44,893 nucleotides of DNA from a virus (Duplodnaviria; Heunggongvirae; Uroviricota; Caudoviricetes), in IMG/VR virus record IMGVR_UViG_3300008261_001827, positions 1 through 44,893 of that record; one strand, 5' to 3'. Positions within the stretch are counted from its first letter, which is position 1; every line of letters starts with the position of its first letter. Below are positions 34,601 to 43,836 of the stretch, piece after piece. The position numbers and the translations under genes are program-made. The notes under the pieces were generated by a model, which worked only from the letters and a program-made list of their open reading frames with translations, did no database searches and was not told the DNA's origin.

Positions 34601-35620
34601 ATGCTTGTAGAAAAGATTAAATCTTATGTAAGTGATCCAGAAAACGCGCAGTTCAACTACGATCTTGGAAAGGAGTATGAAGTACTTAAACAGTACTCTG
34701 CCGCCTGCGGATACTTTTTAAGAGCTGCGGATAGAACTGACGACAACGAGTTGGTCTATAATTCTTTAGTGTCAGCCGCAAAGTCTCTAATAGAGCACGG
34801 TGACAGCTTCGCAATCGTAGATAAGATTTTAAAGCATGCTATGTCAATAGATACGTCAAGAATAGACGCGTTTTATCTTATGCTGCTAACTTATAAATAT
34901 ATTGGAGAAGATCAAGCATTTGAGGAAATGCACCCAGTCTTTCTTCGACTAAAAGAAGAAACCACTAAGAGCGAGATATATGATATGATAAATTTGAACG
35001 ATATAATGAAGAAGTACATTCCTTCGATTGGTACTATTAGATACTCCGAAGACCAACCACAAAAAGATTTCAAACACATGATAGAGAAAGAGTTTGCAGC
35101 GGCTGCTACGACTCCTAGTGACATTCATGAACACTTGCCGGTTCTATACGAACTCGCCAAAGAATGCAATCATATAACAGAGATGGGTGTAAGGTTTGGA
35201 GTTAGTACTAGGGCATTCTTGAGAGCTAACGCAAAACTAATTTCTTATGACATCGTTACAGATCAAAAAGTAGTTGAACTCATGAATAATGCTAGTTCCG
35301 CTGGAAAAGACACAAAGTTCATTGAAGCGGATGTTCTTAATGTCGAGATTGAGGAGACAGATCTTTTGTTTATAGACACATGGCACGAATATGAACAACT
35401 AAAGAAAGAACTATCTCTTCATGCTAACAAAGTAAGAAAGTACATCGCATTTCATGATACGAACACATATGGTCTAAAAAATGAAGGTGGAGACAACAAA
35501 CAACTTACACAAGGGCTCCTTCCTGCGATTATAGAGTTTCTTATTGAAAATCAAAATTGGAGATTTAAGATGTTTCTTACAAACAACAATGGTCTCACAG
35601 TGCTAGAAAGAATTTCGTAA
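34601..35620 (+). CDS. TPR domain fused to class I methyltransferase (Methyltransf_24-like)
   Basis: TPR paralogous to that of 32998; SDIHEHL..L, EMGVRFGVST, DLLFIDTWH, YIAFHDT. Confidence 0.75.
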   Translation: MLVEKIKSYVSDPENAQFNYDLGKEYEVLKQYSAACGYFLRAADRTDDNELVYNSLVSAAKSLIEHGDSFAIVDKILKHAMSIDTSRIDAFYLMLLTYKYIGEDQAFEEMHPVFLRLKEETTKSEIYDMINLNDIMKKYIPSIGTIRYSEDQPQKDFKHMIEKEFAAAATTPSDIHEHLPVLYELAKECNHITEMGVRFGVSTRAFLRANAKLISYDIVTDQKVVELMNNASSAGKDTKFIEADVLNVEIEETDLLFIDTWHEYEQLKKELSLHANKVRKYIAFHDTNTYGLKNEGGDNKQLTQGLLPAIIEFLIENQNWRFKMFLTNNNGLTVLERIS

Positions 35621-36336
35621 TGAATAGTCTAAATGACAACATATCATTTGATGGTATAGATTCTATAGAAACTGTAGCAACGCTATATCACGAATTCTTT
35701 ATAAGAAATGATTACGATTGGTGGTATAAAGTTCAACCAAACGACATCGTAGTGGACATAGGTGCATGTAACGGAATGTTCACATGTCATGCTCTGGACA
35801 ACGGCGCCAAAAAGGTGTATTCTATCGAGGGAAATTCTAAACTCATAAAAACAGTAATACACAATGCGTCACCACATATCATAAATAAAAAAGAATCTCC
35901 ATTGGTTCCTATTAACTGCGTTATAGGGAATGACCCAATGTATACTAGAAATGTTTTTGGCGAAGGATATGATAAGGCCGTTCCTATTCGTTCGTTTAAA
36001 GATATCATAAAGGAATATGATATCACGCATATAGACTATCTTAAGATAGATGCCGAAGGAGCCGAATATGATATCTTGTCAGAAGAAAATCTTGAATTCA
36101 TAAAAAATAATGTTAAACACATTGCGGTCGAAGTGCATCTTGATTGCTTTGAAGATGCGCCAGTTTTATTCAAAAAATTTAGAGACAACTTCTTATCAAA
36201 ATTTGATGCAAGTAAGATAAAATATCTTCAGGAAGATTCACAACAGAAAATGTATGACGATGCATATTTGAATTCAAAGTGGCCTCTCGGTTGGGGAAGC
36301 TGTTGGATGATCTACATCTGCAACAAGTCATTATAA
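35620..36336 (+). CDS. FkbM-family methyltransferase
   Basis: VVDIGACNG, YSIEG, IDYLKIDAEGAEYDI. Confidence 0.85.
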   Translation: MNSLNDNISFDGIDSIETVATLYHEFFIRNDYDWWYKVQPNDIVVDIGACNGMFTCHALDNGAKKVYSIEGNSKLIKTVIHNASPHIINKKESPLVPINCVIGNDPMYTRNVFGEGYDKAVPIRSFKDIIKEYDITHIDYLKIDAEGAEYDILSEENLEFIKNNVKHIAVEVHLDCFEDAPVLFKKFRDNFLSKFDASKIKYLQEDSQQKMYDDAYLNSKWPLGWGSCWMIYICNKSL

Positions 36337-36358
36337 TAATTTGAGAGGTACAAATAAT

Positions 36359-37942
36359 ATGATAGTCGATTTCTTTCCTTTCTTTGCTCCATACGGAGAA
36401 GAAACACTTAAGCTGAGATATGAAGTACTTAAGGATCATGTAGATTATTTTGTTATATCAGAGTCAAATAAAACTCACGCTGGTCATAAAGTTGAAAGAC
36501 AGTTTCCTGAGATCGCAGGCAGACTTGAGATGGATCCAAATAAGATCATCTATATAGCACACGATATACCGGACGACGACAAGTTGGAGATCCTTCCTAT
36601 TGATATTCAAAACACGTATGGAAATCGTGATAAGATTGAATCGCAAAGAGCAAGAGCTCGTGAGCGCCTTCAGAAAGACGCGCTCCTAAAAGTCCTCGAC
36701 ACGTTTGATGATGATACTGTCTTTATTCACGGCGATGCTGATGAAATCATTCGGCCGGATGGAATTCCGTATCTATCACGTGTCTGCCGAGAAAACCAAG
36801 AGATAATCATTAAGGTTCCACTCGTTTATCTCGAAGGAAGAGCAGATCTTCGTCTTTATCACAGAGATAGTAACACACCGGTTCAATGGTCCGGCGCAAT
36901 GTTTCTTGCTACGAAAGCTCAACTTAAAAGGGCTACACCAGCGCAGATACGTTCAAATGTAAATAACCCGTTTCCAATTCATTATATTACGGAAAACGGT
37001 GCTGCTATTCAGGATCTTGGATGGCACTTCTCTTGGATGGGTGGGCCTGAAAAGCGAGCCCTGAAGTCTCAAGTATGGGCCCATTATAACGACTCATTCG
37101 AGTGGTTAGGAGGAAATGAAACAGACAGCATTAAAGAGATAAAGTCATACCGTGACGAGACATACGTGACATTCTTAACAGAGAACGAAATGAAAGAAGG
37201 ATCTACTCCGCCTTCTGGAAATAAAAATCACGTCTTAAAGAAGTACTCTATTAGTGGGCTACCAAAAGAAATTCTTGAGAGCGAGTACTTAAAGAACTAC
37301 TTTCTGCCAGATGTCAAAGAAGATAGTTTAGATGTATTTGAAAGGGCTGTTATAAATCCTTCTTCTCTAATAAGCCCGTATAAAAAGAGAGTATGGATCG
37401 TAGACGATTTCTATCATAACCCAGATGAAGTAAGACAGTATGCTCTAACTCGTGAATTCGATAAGGGTGGCTTCGGAAAAGGATATATGGGAAATAGAAC
37501 TTTTAAACAGTTTCTATTCCCAGGCCTGAAGGAAGAATTTGAAAAGATCATGGGAATGAAGATTACAAAATGGGAACAACATGGTATGAATGGCAGGTTC
37601 CAGACATGTTATGCAGGAGATGCTCTTGTTTATCACTGCGACGATCAGAAATATGCTGGTATGTTATTCCTAACACCCGACGCGCCATTCGAGACTGGTA
37701 CTTCAATGTACGCGCATAAGGCAACACGTATTCGTCACAATTCTCATCCAGAGATCATGAGCACCTTCTCTGGGCACACTACTCTCGATAAAACTCCATA
37801 TGAACCGGTCGACGTAGTTGGAAATGTCTATAACAGACTCGTCATATTTGACGCAGGTATGATTCACGCAGCATCCGGATACTTCGGATATAACAACGAG
37901 AATTCTCGCTTGTGGCAAATGTTCTTTTTTGACGCGGAGTAA
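36359..37942 (+). CDS. GT17-like glycosyltransferase fused to DUF6445-like 2OG-Fe(II) oxygenase
   Basis: LRYEVLKDHVDYFVISESNKTHAG, HGDADEI, GWHFSWMGG (GT17-like); VWIVDDFY, YHCD, NVYNRLVIFD..IHA..RLWQMFFFD (oxygenase); GAGGT RBS supports ATG 36359. Confidence 0.75.
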   Translation: MIVDFFPFFAPYGEETLKLRYEVLKDHVDYFVISESNKTHAGHKVERQFPEIAGRLEMDPNKIIYIAHDIPDDDKLEILPIDIQNTYGNRDKIESQRARARERLQKDALLKVLDTFDDDTVFIHGDADEIIRPDGIPYLSRVCRENQEIIIKVPLVYLEGRADLRLYHRDSNTPVQWSGAMFLATKAQLKRATPAQIRSNVNNPFPIHYITENGAAIQDLGWHFSWMGGPEKRALKSQVWAHYNDSFEWLGGNETDSIKEIKSYRDETYVTFLTENEMKEGSTPPSGNKNHVLKKYSISGLPKEILESEYLKNYFLPDVKEDSLDVFERAVINPSSLISPYKKRVWIVDDFYHNPDEVRQYALTREFDKGGFGKGYMGNRTFKQFLFPGLKEEFEKIMGMKITKWEQHGMNGRFQTCYAGDALVYHCDDQKYAGMLFLTPDAPFETGTSMYAHKATRIRHNSHPEIMSTFSGHTTLDKTPYEPVDVVGNVYNRLVIFDAGMIHAASGYFGYNNENSRLWQMFFFDAE

Positions 37943-37944
37943 AG

Positions 37945-38676
37945 ATGAATTACGAAAACTTTGATTGGGGTCCAACAGATAAAGAATATGCAAACTTATT
38001 TACTAAAGAAAATTTTATCGATAGAACATACGAACTATTATATAAGATAAAAGAAATCGATGTCGTTGTAGATATTGGTGCAAACGTTGGTTCTTTCATA
38101 TATTCTCTAAAGGATATTAAACCTAAACACGCATTTTGTTTAGAACCATCAAACATTGTATTCAAAACGCTGGAAAAAAATCTAGAAATATTTTCGTGTA
38201 CACTGATAAATAAAGGTATATCTGGAGTAGATACCGACTACAACATAATCAAACCGGGGTCAGATTATATCTATCATCACGCCGGCAGTATGTTTTCAAC
38301 TATTCGGTTCGATACGTTAATAAAAGATTATAACATAGAGACGATAGATTTCTTAAAATTTGATTGCGAAGGCGGGGAAGCTTTTATCTTCACTAAAGAA
38401 AATTCTTCTATGATCAAAAAAATAGTTAAGAACATAGCTGGTGAATATCACATAGTCGGAGTTCCAAATTCTATAGAGAACTTTATAGAATTTAGAGATA
38501 ACTACCTGTTAGATTTAAGAGGAACAGAACATCTGCGTGTATATGAAAGAGATGGAAAAGACGTAACAGAACAAATTTTCGATAACAACTTTTTGCGTGC
38601 CTATGAAGAGTGGTGGAGAATTAATAACCCATATAAGGGTCAGTTTATGGTATATGCAAATTTGAAAGGAATGTAG
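37945..38676 (+). CDS. FkbM-family methyltransferase
   Basis: VVDIGANVG, CLEPS, IDFLKFDCEGGE; paralog of 35620. Confidence 0.85.
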   Translation: MNYENFDWGPTDKEYANLFTKENFIDRTYELLYKIKEIDVVVDIGANVGSFIYSLKDIKPKHAFCLEPSNIVFKTLEKNLEIFSCTLINKGISGVDTDYNIIKPGSDYIYHHAGSMFSTIRFDTLIKDYNIETIDFLKFDCEGGEAFIFTKENSSMIKKIVKNIAGEYHIVGVPNSIENFIEFRDNYLLDLRGTEHLRVYERDGKDVTEQIFDNNFLRAYEEWWRINNPYKGQFMVYANLKGM

Positions 38677-38677
38677 A

Positions 38678-39424
38678 ATGAAGATAGTACTTGTAACTGG
38701 TGGTTTCGATCCCCTTCATAGCGGTCATATTGCATACTTTAATGAAGCAAAAGAACTCGGAGATATTCTAATAGTTGGAGTAAATAGTGACGAATGGCTG
38801 ACTCGTAAAAAGGGTCAGCCATTCATGAGTCTATCAGAAAGAGTTGCGATCGTTGAGAGCCTTCATATGGTCGATAGTGTCATGATATTTGACGATAGTG
38901 ACGGCGGGGCGTCCGAAGCGATTAAGCTGTGTCTAGGAAAGTATCCACACGATGAAATCATTTTTGCGAACGGTGGTGATAGAACCGATAGCAATATTCC
39001 GGAAATGAGTATCGTAGACAGCCGACTATCGTTTGTGTTTGGAGTCGGTGGAACTCATAAGATGAATTCTAGCAGTAAGATCCTTACTGAGTGGAAGACA
39101 CCTAAGACGGAAAGAAAGTGGGGATACTATCGAGTCCTACACTCGGACGGTCCTTCTACAAAAGTAAAAGAACTCATAGTCGAGCCAGGAAAGTCTCTCA
39201 GTCTTCAGAGACATAGTTTTAGAAACGAACTATGGTACGTTACAAATGGTACCGGTGCTATCAAACTAAACGGAGTGTTGTCGCCTTTAAAGAAAGGCGA
39301 CTTTGTAAACATATATGTTTCTGACTGGCACCAACTCATTAACGATTCTTCTGAAGAACTAAAGATTGTTGAGATCCAGTATGGACAGAACTGCTACGAA
39401 GAAGATATCGAGCGCATCGAGTAA
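38678..39424 (+). CDS. Cytidylyltransferase-like domain fused to MannoseP_isomer-type cupin
   Basis: TGGFDPLHSGH, GVNSDEWL.RKKG, FANGGDR; RKWGYYRVL...KVKEL.VEPGKSLSLQRH. Confidence 0.82.
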   Translation: MKIVLVTGGFDPLHSGHIAYFNEAKELGDILIVGVNSDEWLTRKKGQPFMSLSERVAIVESLHMVDSVMIFDDSDGGASEAIKLCLGKYPHDEIIFANGGDRTDSNIPEMSIVDSRLSFVFGVGGTHKMNSSSKILTEWKTPKTERKWGYYRVLHSDGPSTKVKELIVEPGKSLSLQRHSFRNELWYVTNGTGAIKLNGVLSPLKKGDFVNIYVSDWHQLINDSSEELKIVEIQYGQNCYEEDIERIE

Positions 39425-39458
39425 GTATATACTACCGGCTTGATAGATGTTAAATCTA

Positions 39459-39486
39459 ATTATATCAGATATTTCACATATGTCAA
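39459..39486 (-). promoter_or_regulatory. Sigma70-type promoter TTGACA-N16-TATAAT, antisense to island 2
   Basis: + strand attata (39459-64), 16 nt, tgtcaa (39481-86); same layout as 20257-20284. Confidence 0.7.
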
Positions 39487-39500
39487 CCAAAAAATGTGGT

Positions 39501-39537
39501 TCATCTTCTTTTATAAATAGATCAAAAAGTAGGGTGA
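39501..39537 (+). promoter_or_regulatory. Late promoter TATAAATA (39512-39519) inside an imperfect hairpin covering the gp13 RBS
   Basis: tcatcttctttt pairs with aaaagtagggtga (two G-U pairs, one bulge); ATG at 39544. Confidence 0.7.
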
Positions 39538-39543
39538 TCAAAC

Positions 39544-40287
39544 ATGGCACGTCCTTCAACAAGAAGCGAATTCAAAGATTATGTTCTTAGAAAGATCGGT
39601 GCGCCAGTCATTCAGATCAACGTTTCTGATGAACAGATAGAAGATCGTATTGACGAGGCAATAGCATTCTGGAGAGACTACCACTATGATGGTAGCCAGA
39701 TGATATATCTTAAGCATGCTCTAACACAACAAGAGATAGATCAGGGATATATCGAAGTACCACAAAACATTCTCGGTATCACTCGTATCTTTGATCTTAG
39801 CTCTTCTATCTCGACCGGTACCGGCTTCTTCAACGTTCAATACCAATTCGTTTTGAACAACCTAGAAGACATTACTGGGTACAACATTCAGCATTACTAC
39901 ATGGCTCTATCTCACCTACAGTTCCTGCAAGAAATACTTGTAGGCCGCCCTCTCATAAGATACAATCGCCATGTAAACCGTTTATATGTAGATGTAAATA
40001 AGGCCATATTGAATCCTGGGTCGTTTATCATTATAGAGGGATATGACATTATTGATGGCAACACATACTCCGACGTATGGAGCGATCGCTTTCTTCAGAA
40101 CTATGCGTCTATCTTAATACGCGAGCAGTGGGGTGTAAACCTAACTAAGTTTACAAACATGCAACTTATCGGAGGTGTTCAGTTCAACGGCGAACAGATC
40201 CTATCGGAAGCAAAAGCAGACCGCAAAGAGATGGAAGAAAATGCGAAGACTTCACTTCAACCACTCGTTTACAATTTCGTTGGATGA
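39544..40287 (+). CDS. gp13: Neck protein gp13
   Basis: MARPSTR.EFKDYVLRKIGAPVIQINV..EQIEDRIDEA...YHYDG; EQWG.NL.KF..MQL.GGV.FNG. Confidence 0.92.
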   Translation: MARPSTRSEFKDYVLRKIGAPVIQINVSDEQIEDRIDEAIAFWRDYHYDGSQMIYLKHALTQQEIDQGYIEVPQNILGITRIFDLSSSISTGTGFFNVQYQFVLNNLEDITGYNIQHYYMALSHLQFLQEILVGRPLIRYNRHVNRLYVDVNKAILNPGSFIIIEGYDIIDGNTYSDVWSDRFLQNYASILIREQWGVNLTKFTNMQLIGGVQFNGEQILSEAKADRKEMEENAKTSLQPLVYNFVG

Positions 40288-40290
40288 TAA

Positions 40291-41037
40291 ATGGCGACTA
40301 ACGTCTTTTTTCAAAACTATGGATACTTCAATGAGCAGCAACTCATTGACGACTTAGTCATTGAAGCAATACAGATCTACGGTGTTGATACTTACTATGT
40401 TACTCGAAAGTTAGAAGCGACCGACCAGATACTCAATGAAGACGATCTTTCAATCTTTAATGCGGCTTACTTAATGGAAGTATACGTAAAGAGCGTGGAC
40501 GGTTTTCAGGGAGATGGTGACTTTCTTAGTAAGTTTGGTCTTCAGATTCGTGACCAAGTTACTTTTACTGTTGCGGTGAGAACTTTTGAAAGATACGCAA
40601 CTAGATTGAATACTACTCTCATAAGACCGAAGGAAGGCGACCTTATATATCTTCCTCTCAATAATAAATTCTTTGAGATCTCTCATGTTGAGCACGAAAG
40701 CGTTTTCTATCAGAGCGGAGCTCTTCAAGTATTTGATCTTAAGTGTGAACTGTTTGAATACTCGAACGAAAGATTCGACACCGGAATTGAAGATATAGAT
40801 ACACACTTCGATGTTTTAAACACTGAAGATCTTGAAGTTAACAATCTTAATAAACTACTAGAAAAAGATCCAATCGCAAAGAACGTATTCTTTGAAGAAG
40901 AAGGCGATGATATTATTGACTTCACTGAGATAGATCCGTTTAGTGAGATTATCACAAGACCAACTAATTATGCTGTAACCGCCGATAGTAACGAAATCAC
41001 TGCTGACTCTACCGTTGTAACAGCAGATACCATATAA
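40291..41037 (+). CDS. gp14: Neck protein gp14 (with C-terminal TADS extension)
   Basis: EQQLIDDLVIEAIQIYG, GDFLSKFGLQIRD, RPKEGDLIYLP, FEISHVEHE, CELFEYSNE. Confidence 0.92.
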   Translation: MATNVFFQNYGYFNEQQLIDDLVIEAIQIYGVDTYYVTRKLEATDQILNEDDLSIFNAAYLMEVYVKSVDGFQGDGDFLSKFGLQIRDQVTFTVAVRTFERYATRLNTTLIRPKEGDLIYLPLNNKFFEISHVEHESVFYQSGALQVFDLKCELFEYSNERFDTGIEDIDTHFDVLNTEDLEVNNLNKLLEKDPIAKNVFFEEEGDDIIDFTEIDPFSEIITRPTNYAVTADSNEITADSTVVTADTI

Positions 41038-41046
41038 GAGGAAGAC

Positions 41047-42570
41047 ATGGCAAAGCAAACCATCAATATCGGTACCGTCGCAAATGATAGATCCGGCGAT
41101 CCCCTAAGAACAGCTTTTACTAAAGTTAACGCGAACTTTACTGAGTTGTATAACAGAGGTTCTTCAAGTTTTTCTGGGAGCTATAACGATCTTACGAATA
41201 AACCAAACATACCAGATGATATAGCTGATCTTGCGGATTCGTCATCGTTGTTGGCAGATATCGGAGACGTTGTTTTCACAGACAACGCCATTTCAGCACA
41301 AGATGGCGTTGACTTGCTTATTCACACTCACGACAACGGCGATAAAGAAAGAGTGTCAGTAAATTTAATACCTAATGATGGTGCATTTATTGCAACTGCT
41401 TTGAGTGACATGCAAGATCAGCCGTTTTTATCAAACCAATGGGCTTCAGCTCAGTGGGTAACAATAAGCGAACTTGGCTATCTCGTTGTTACAAATTCAC
41501 CTGCTATAATCAGTTTTATTAATAGCGCGCAATTTGATTACGCTACTGATATTAGCTTTCGTATTAATGGTGGTGATCCAATAGTACTAGGCAACTATAC
41601 TATAAACGGTAACAATATAACTTTTAATACACTGCAGCGAGTTCCAGTGGAAAGCCCTGTTGTTGTAAATGAAATTAATTTTGACATGTACTTTTCTTCG
41701 AACATAGCAATAGATTATGATCAAGGAGAAATTAGATTAAATGCGGTTGAACTGGATATTAACATATCTACGACTGAGAATATAGGAATAAGCTCAAAAT
41801 TTGTTGATGTTACTGGCGATGGGACTTTTAGTATAAAGAACAAAAGCGCTTCTGATTCTATTGACGTTGTTACAAACTCTGATGCGAGTGCCGAAACGTG
41901 GAGCTTTGGCGCTGACGGAACATTAACATTCCCTGACAATACCATACAGACTACAGCATGGACTGGAGTATATGCTATAACCCCAGCAGACTTGGTAGAT
42001 CTCGAAGATCTCATTCCAGCCGAAGACTCTGAGTTTAACTTAGGATCTACTACAAACGCGTGGAATAACTTGTACATAGGATCAGGAATAAATTCTGTTA
42101 CGGACTCTTCAATACTATTTGTTGCAAACAGCTCAGGTGATGGGCTTGGTTATTCTACAATCGAGCTACGCCCGGACTCGTCTGCTTCTGTGGATCAGTA
42201 CATAATTATTGATCCAACTTCTCCAAACCATATTCACATACGAGCAGGTGGCACTCAAGACAATAGTCAAGCAGATCTATTTCTTGGCGGAGAGAACAGC
42301 TACTTTGGAGTTGTTTCCGGTTTGAATCCGAGCACTATTGTGGCAGCGAATAGCTTTATTTGGGAGTTTGGGTCTGATGGTGTTTTAACCTTCCCAGATG
42401 GGGGTGATATTCGCGTTGGGCAGGTTCCTGGCACGAGTAAAGGTGTGGCGGGTGATAAAGCAGGAACTCTCGCGTTTAACTCTTCGTACATATATTACTG
42501 CACTGCCAATTATACTAATGGATCGCCTGACATCTGGAAGAGAGTATCTTGGAGCAATGATACTTGGTAA
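41047..42570 (+). CDS. Fibre/appendage-like protein with gp9/gp10-type N-terminal motif
   Basis: MAKQTINIGTVANDRSGDPLRTAFTKVNANFTELY; C-terminal SKGVAGDKAG...YIYYC...IWKR. Confidence 0.6.
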   Translation: MAKQTINIGTVANDRSGDPLRTAFTKVNANFTELYNRGSSSFSGSYNDLTNKPNIPDDIADLADSSSLLADIGDVVFTDNAISAQDGVDLLIHTHDNGDKERVSVNLIPNDGAFIATALSDMQDQPFLSNQWASAQWVTISELGYLVVTNSPAIISFINSAQFDYATDISFRINGGDPIVLGNYTINGNNITFNTLQRVPVESPVVVNEINFDMYFSSNIAIDYDQGEIRLNAVELDINISTTENIGISSKFVDVTGDGTFSIKNKSASDSIDVVTNSDASAETWSFGADGTLTFPDNTIQTTAWTGVYAITPADLVDLEDLIPAEDSEFNLGSTTNAWNNLYIGSGINSVTDSSILFVANSSGDGLGYSTIELRPDSSASVDQYIIIDPTSPNHIHIRAGGTQDNSQADLFLGGENSYFGVVSGLNPSTIVAANSFIWEFGSDGVLTFPDGGDIRVGQVPGTSKGVAGDKAGTLAFNSSYIYYCTANYTNGSPDIWKRVSWSNDTW

Positions 42571-42584
42571 CTAAAGGAAAGTAG

Positions 42585-43397
42585 ATGGCATTTGTAAATC
42601 ACTTCTATAATGCAACGACAAGAAAATACGTTGCGCTATTTGGTACCCTATTCAATAAGATCTCTATCACCAGAGACGATCTACAGGGTGCAGAAGCGCA
42701 ACGTATGATTGTACCTATTGCATACGGACCATTCCAAAAGTTCCTTGCTAGAATTACTCAGGATGCAAGTCTAAATCGTAAAACTTCCATCTCTCTACCT
42801 CGTATGTCTTTCGAGATTACAAATATGACGTATGATGGGCAGAGAAAGATACCTTCAAAGCAAAGGATCCAAAAGAACCTTGGAGAGACTGATAGTCAAA
42901 AATCATATGTGTGGACTGCCACACCATACAACTTAGATTTTTCTCTATACATAATGACTAAGTATTCTGAAGACGCGACTAAGATCGTCGAACAGATCAT
43001 TCCGTTCTTTAAACCAGAATGGACTGCTACCGTGAAGTTAATTGATAACCTAGATCCAATTGACATTCCTATCGTATTAAATGGCATCACTAACGAAGAC
43101 TTATACGAAGGTAGTTTTGAAGAAAGAAGATCTGTTCTGTGGACTCTAAACTTTACTCTTAAAGGTTGGTACTTTGGACCAGAAAGAGAAAAGAAGATCA
43201 TCAAGTTTGTTGATACGGACATATGGGCAACATTAGACTCGTCAAAAGATCCAGTAGAAGGCGTAAATGTTTATCCAGGCCTTACTGCAAACGGCGCTCC
43301 GACTACGGATCCAGATCTATCCATTTCATACGAAGAAATTGAATATGATGACGACTGGGGCGTCATTAGAATTATAACGAGCAGCCCGGAAGATTAA
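42585..43397 (+). CDS. gp15: Tail sheath stabiliser/completion protein gp15
   Basis: HFYN...RKYVALFGTLFN, VPIAYGP..KFLAR, LPRMSFEI, QIVEQI-type IVEQIIPFFKPE. Confidence 0.92.
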   Translation: MAFVNHFYNATTRKYVALFGTLFNKISITRDDLQGAEAQRMIVPIAYGPFQKFLARITQDASLNRKTSISLPRMSFEITNMTYDGQRKIPSKQRIQKNLGETDSQKSYVWTATPYNLDFSLYIMTKYSEDATKIVEQIIPFFKPEWTATVKLIDNLDPIDIPIVLNGITNEDLYEGSFEERRSVLWTLNFTLKGWYFGPEREKKIIKFVDTDIWATLDSSKDPVEGVNVYPGLTANGAPTTDPDLSISYEEIEYDDDWGVIRIITSSPED

Positions 43398-43398
43398 A

Positions 43399-43836
43399 AT
43401 GAGTAATGATAAGATATCTGAAGTTCTAGGCCTTAGACCAATCGAAGAAGCAAAACGTGATGAACTTCCTGCGGTTATTGAAGCTAAAGAAATAATTCCA
43501 GTCGTCTATGATAATAACATCGAAGACGACGAAACTATAAAGGACATAGAGCAAGCAAGAGGCAATATCAAGAACATCATAGAGCAGGGAGACGATGCTC
43601 TTAAGGAAATGATATCTCTTGCAAAACAGTCTGAGTCTCCTCGTGCATTTGAAGTTGCATCCACTCTTATGAAGACTCTGCTCGATGCAAACAAAGACTT
43701 CGTAGAAATGTCTACGAAAAAGAAGTATGCTAAAGAAGAAAAGATGGGTCCTAAAGAAGCCGCCCAGACTAACGTCACGAACAATAATCTGATACTCTCG
43801 ACTGCTGATCTTCTTAAAATGTTAAAGGGTGACTAA
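43399..43836 (+). CDS. gp16: Terminase small subunit gp16
   Basis: AKQSESPRAFEVASTLMK, TNVTNNNLILSTADLLKML; position before gp17. Confidence 0.88.
   Translation: MSNDKISEVLGLRPIEEAKRDELPAVIEAKEIIPVVYDNNIEDDETIKDIEQARGNIKNIIEQGDDALKEMISLAKQSESPRAFEVASTLMKTLLDANKDFVEMSTKKKYAKEEKMGPKEAAQTNVTNNNLILSTADLLKMLKGD

Noticed and set aside
375-37942. Eukaryotic or giant-virus origin suggested by RCC1, collagen and GT17-like genes
   Set aside because: Shine-Dalgarno sites, overlapping operonic genes, T4 late promoters and contiguous gp13-gp17 indicate a T4-like bacteriophage
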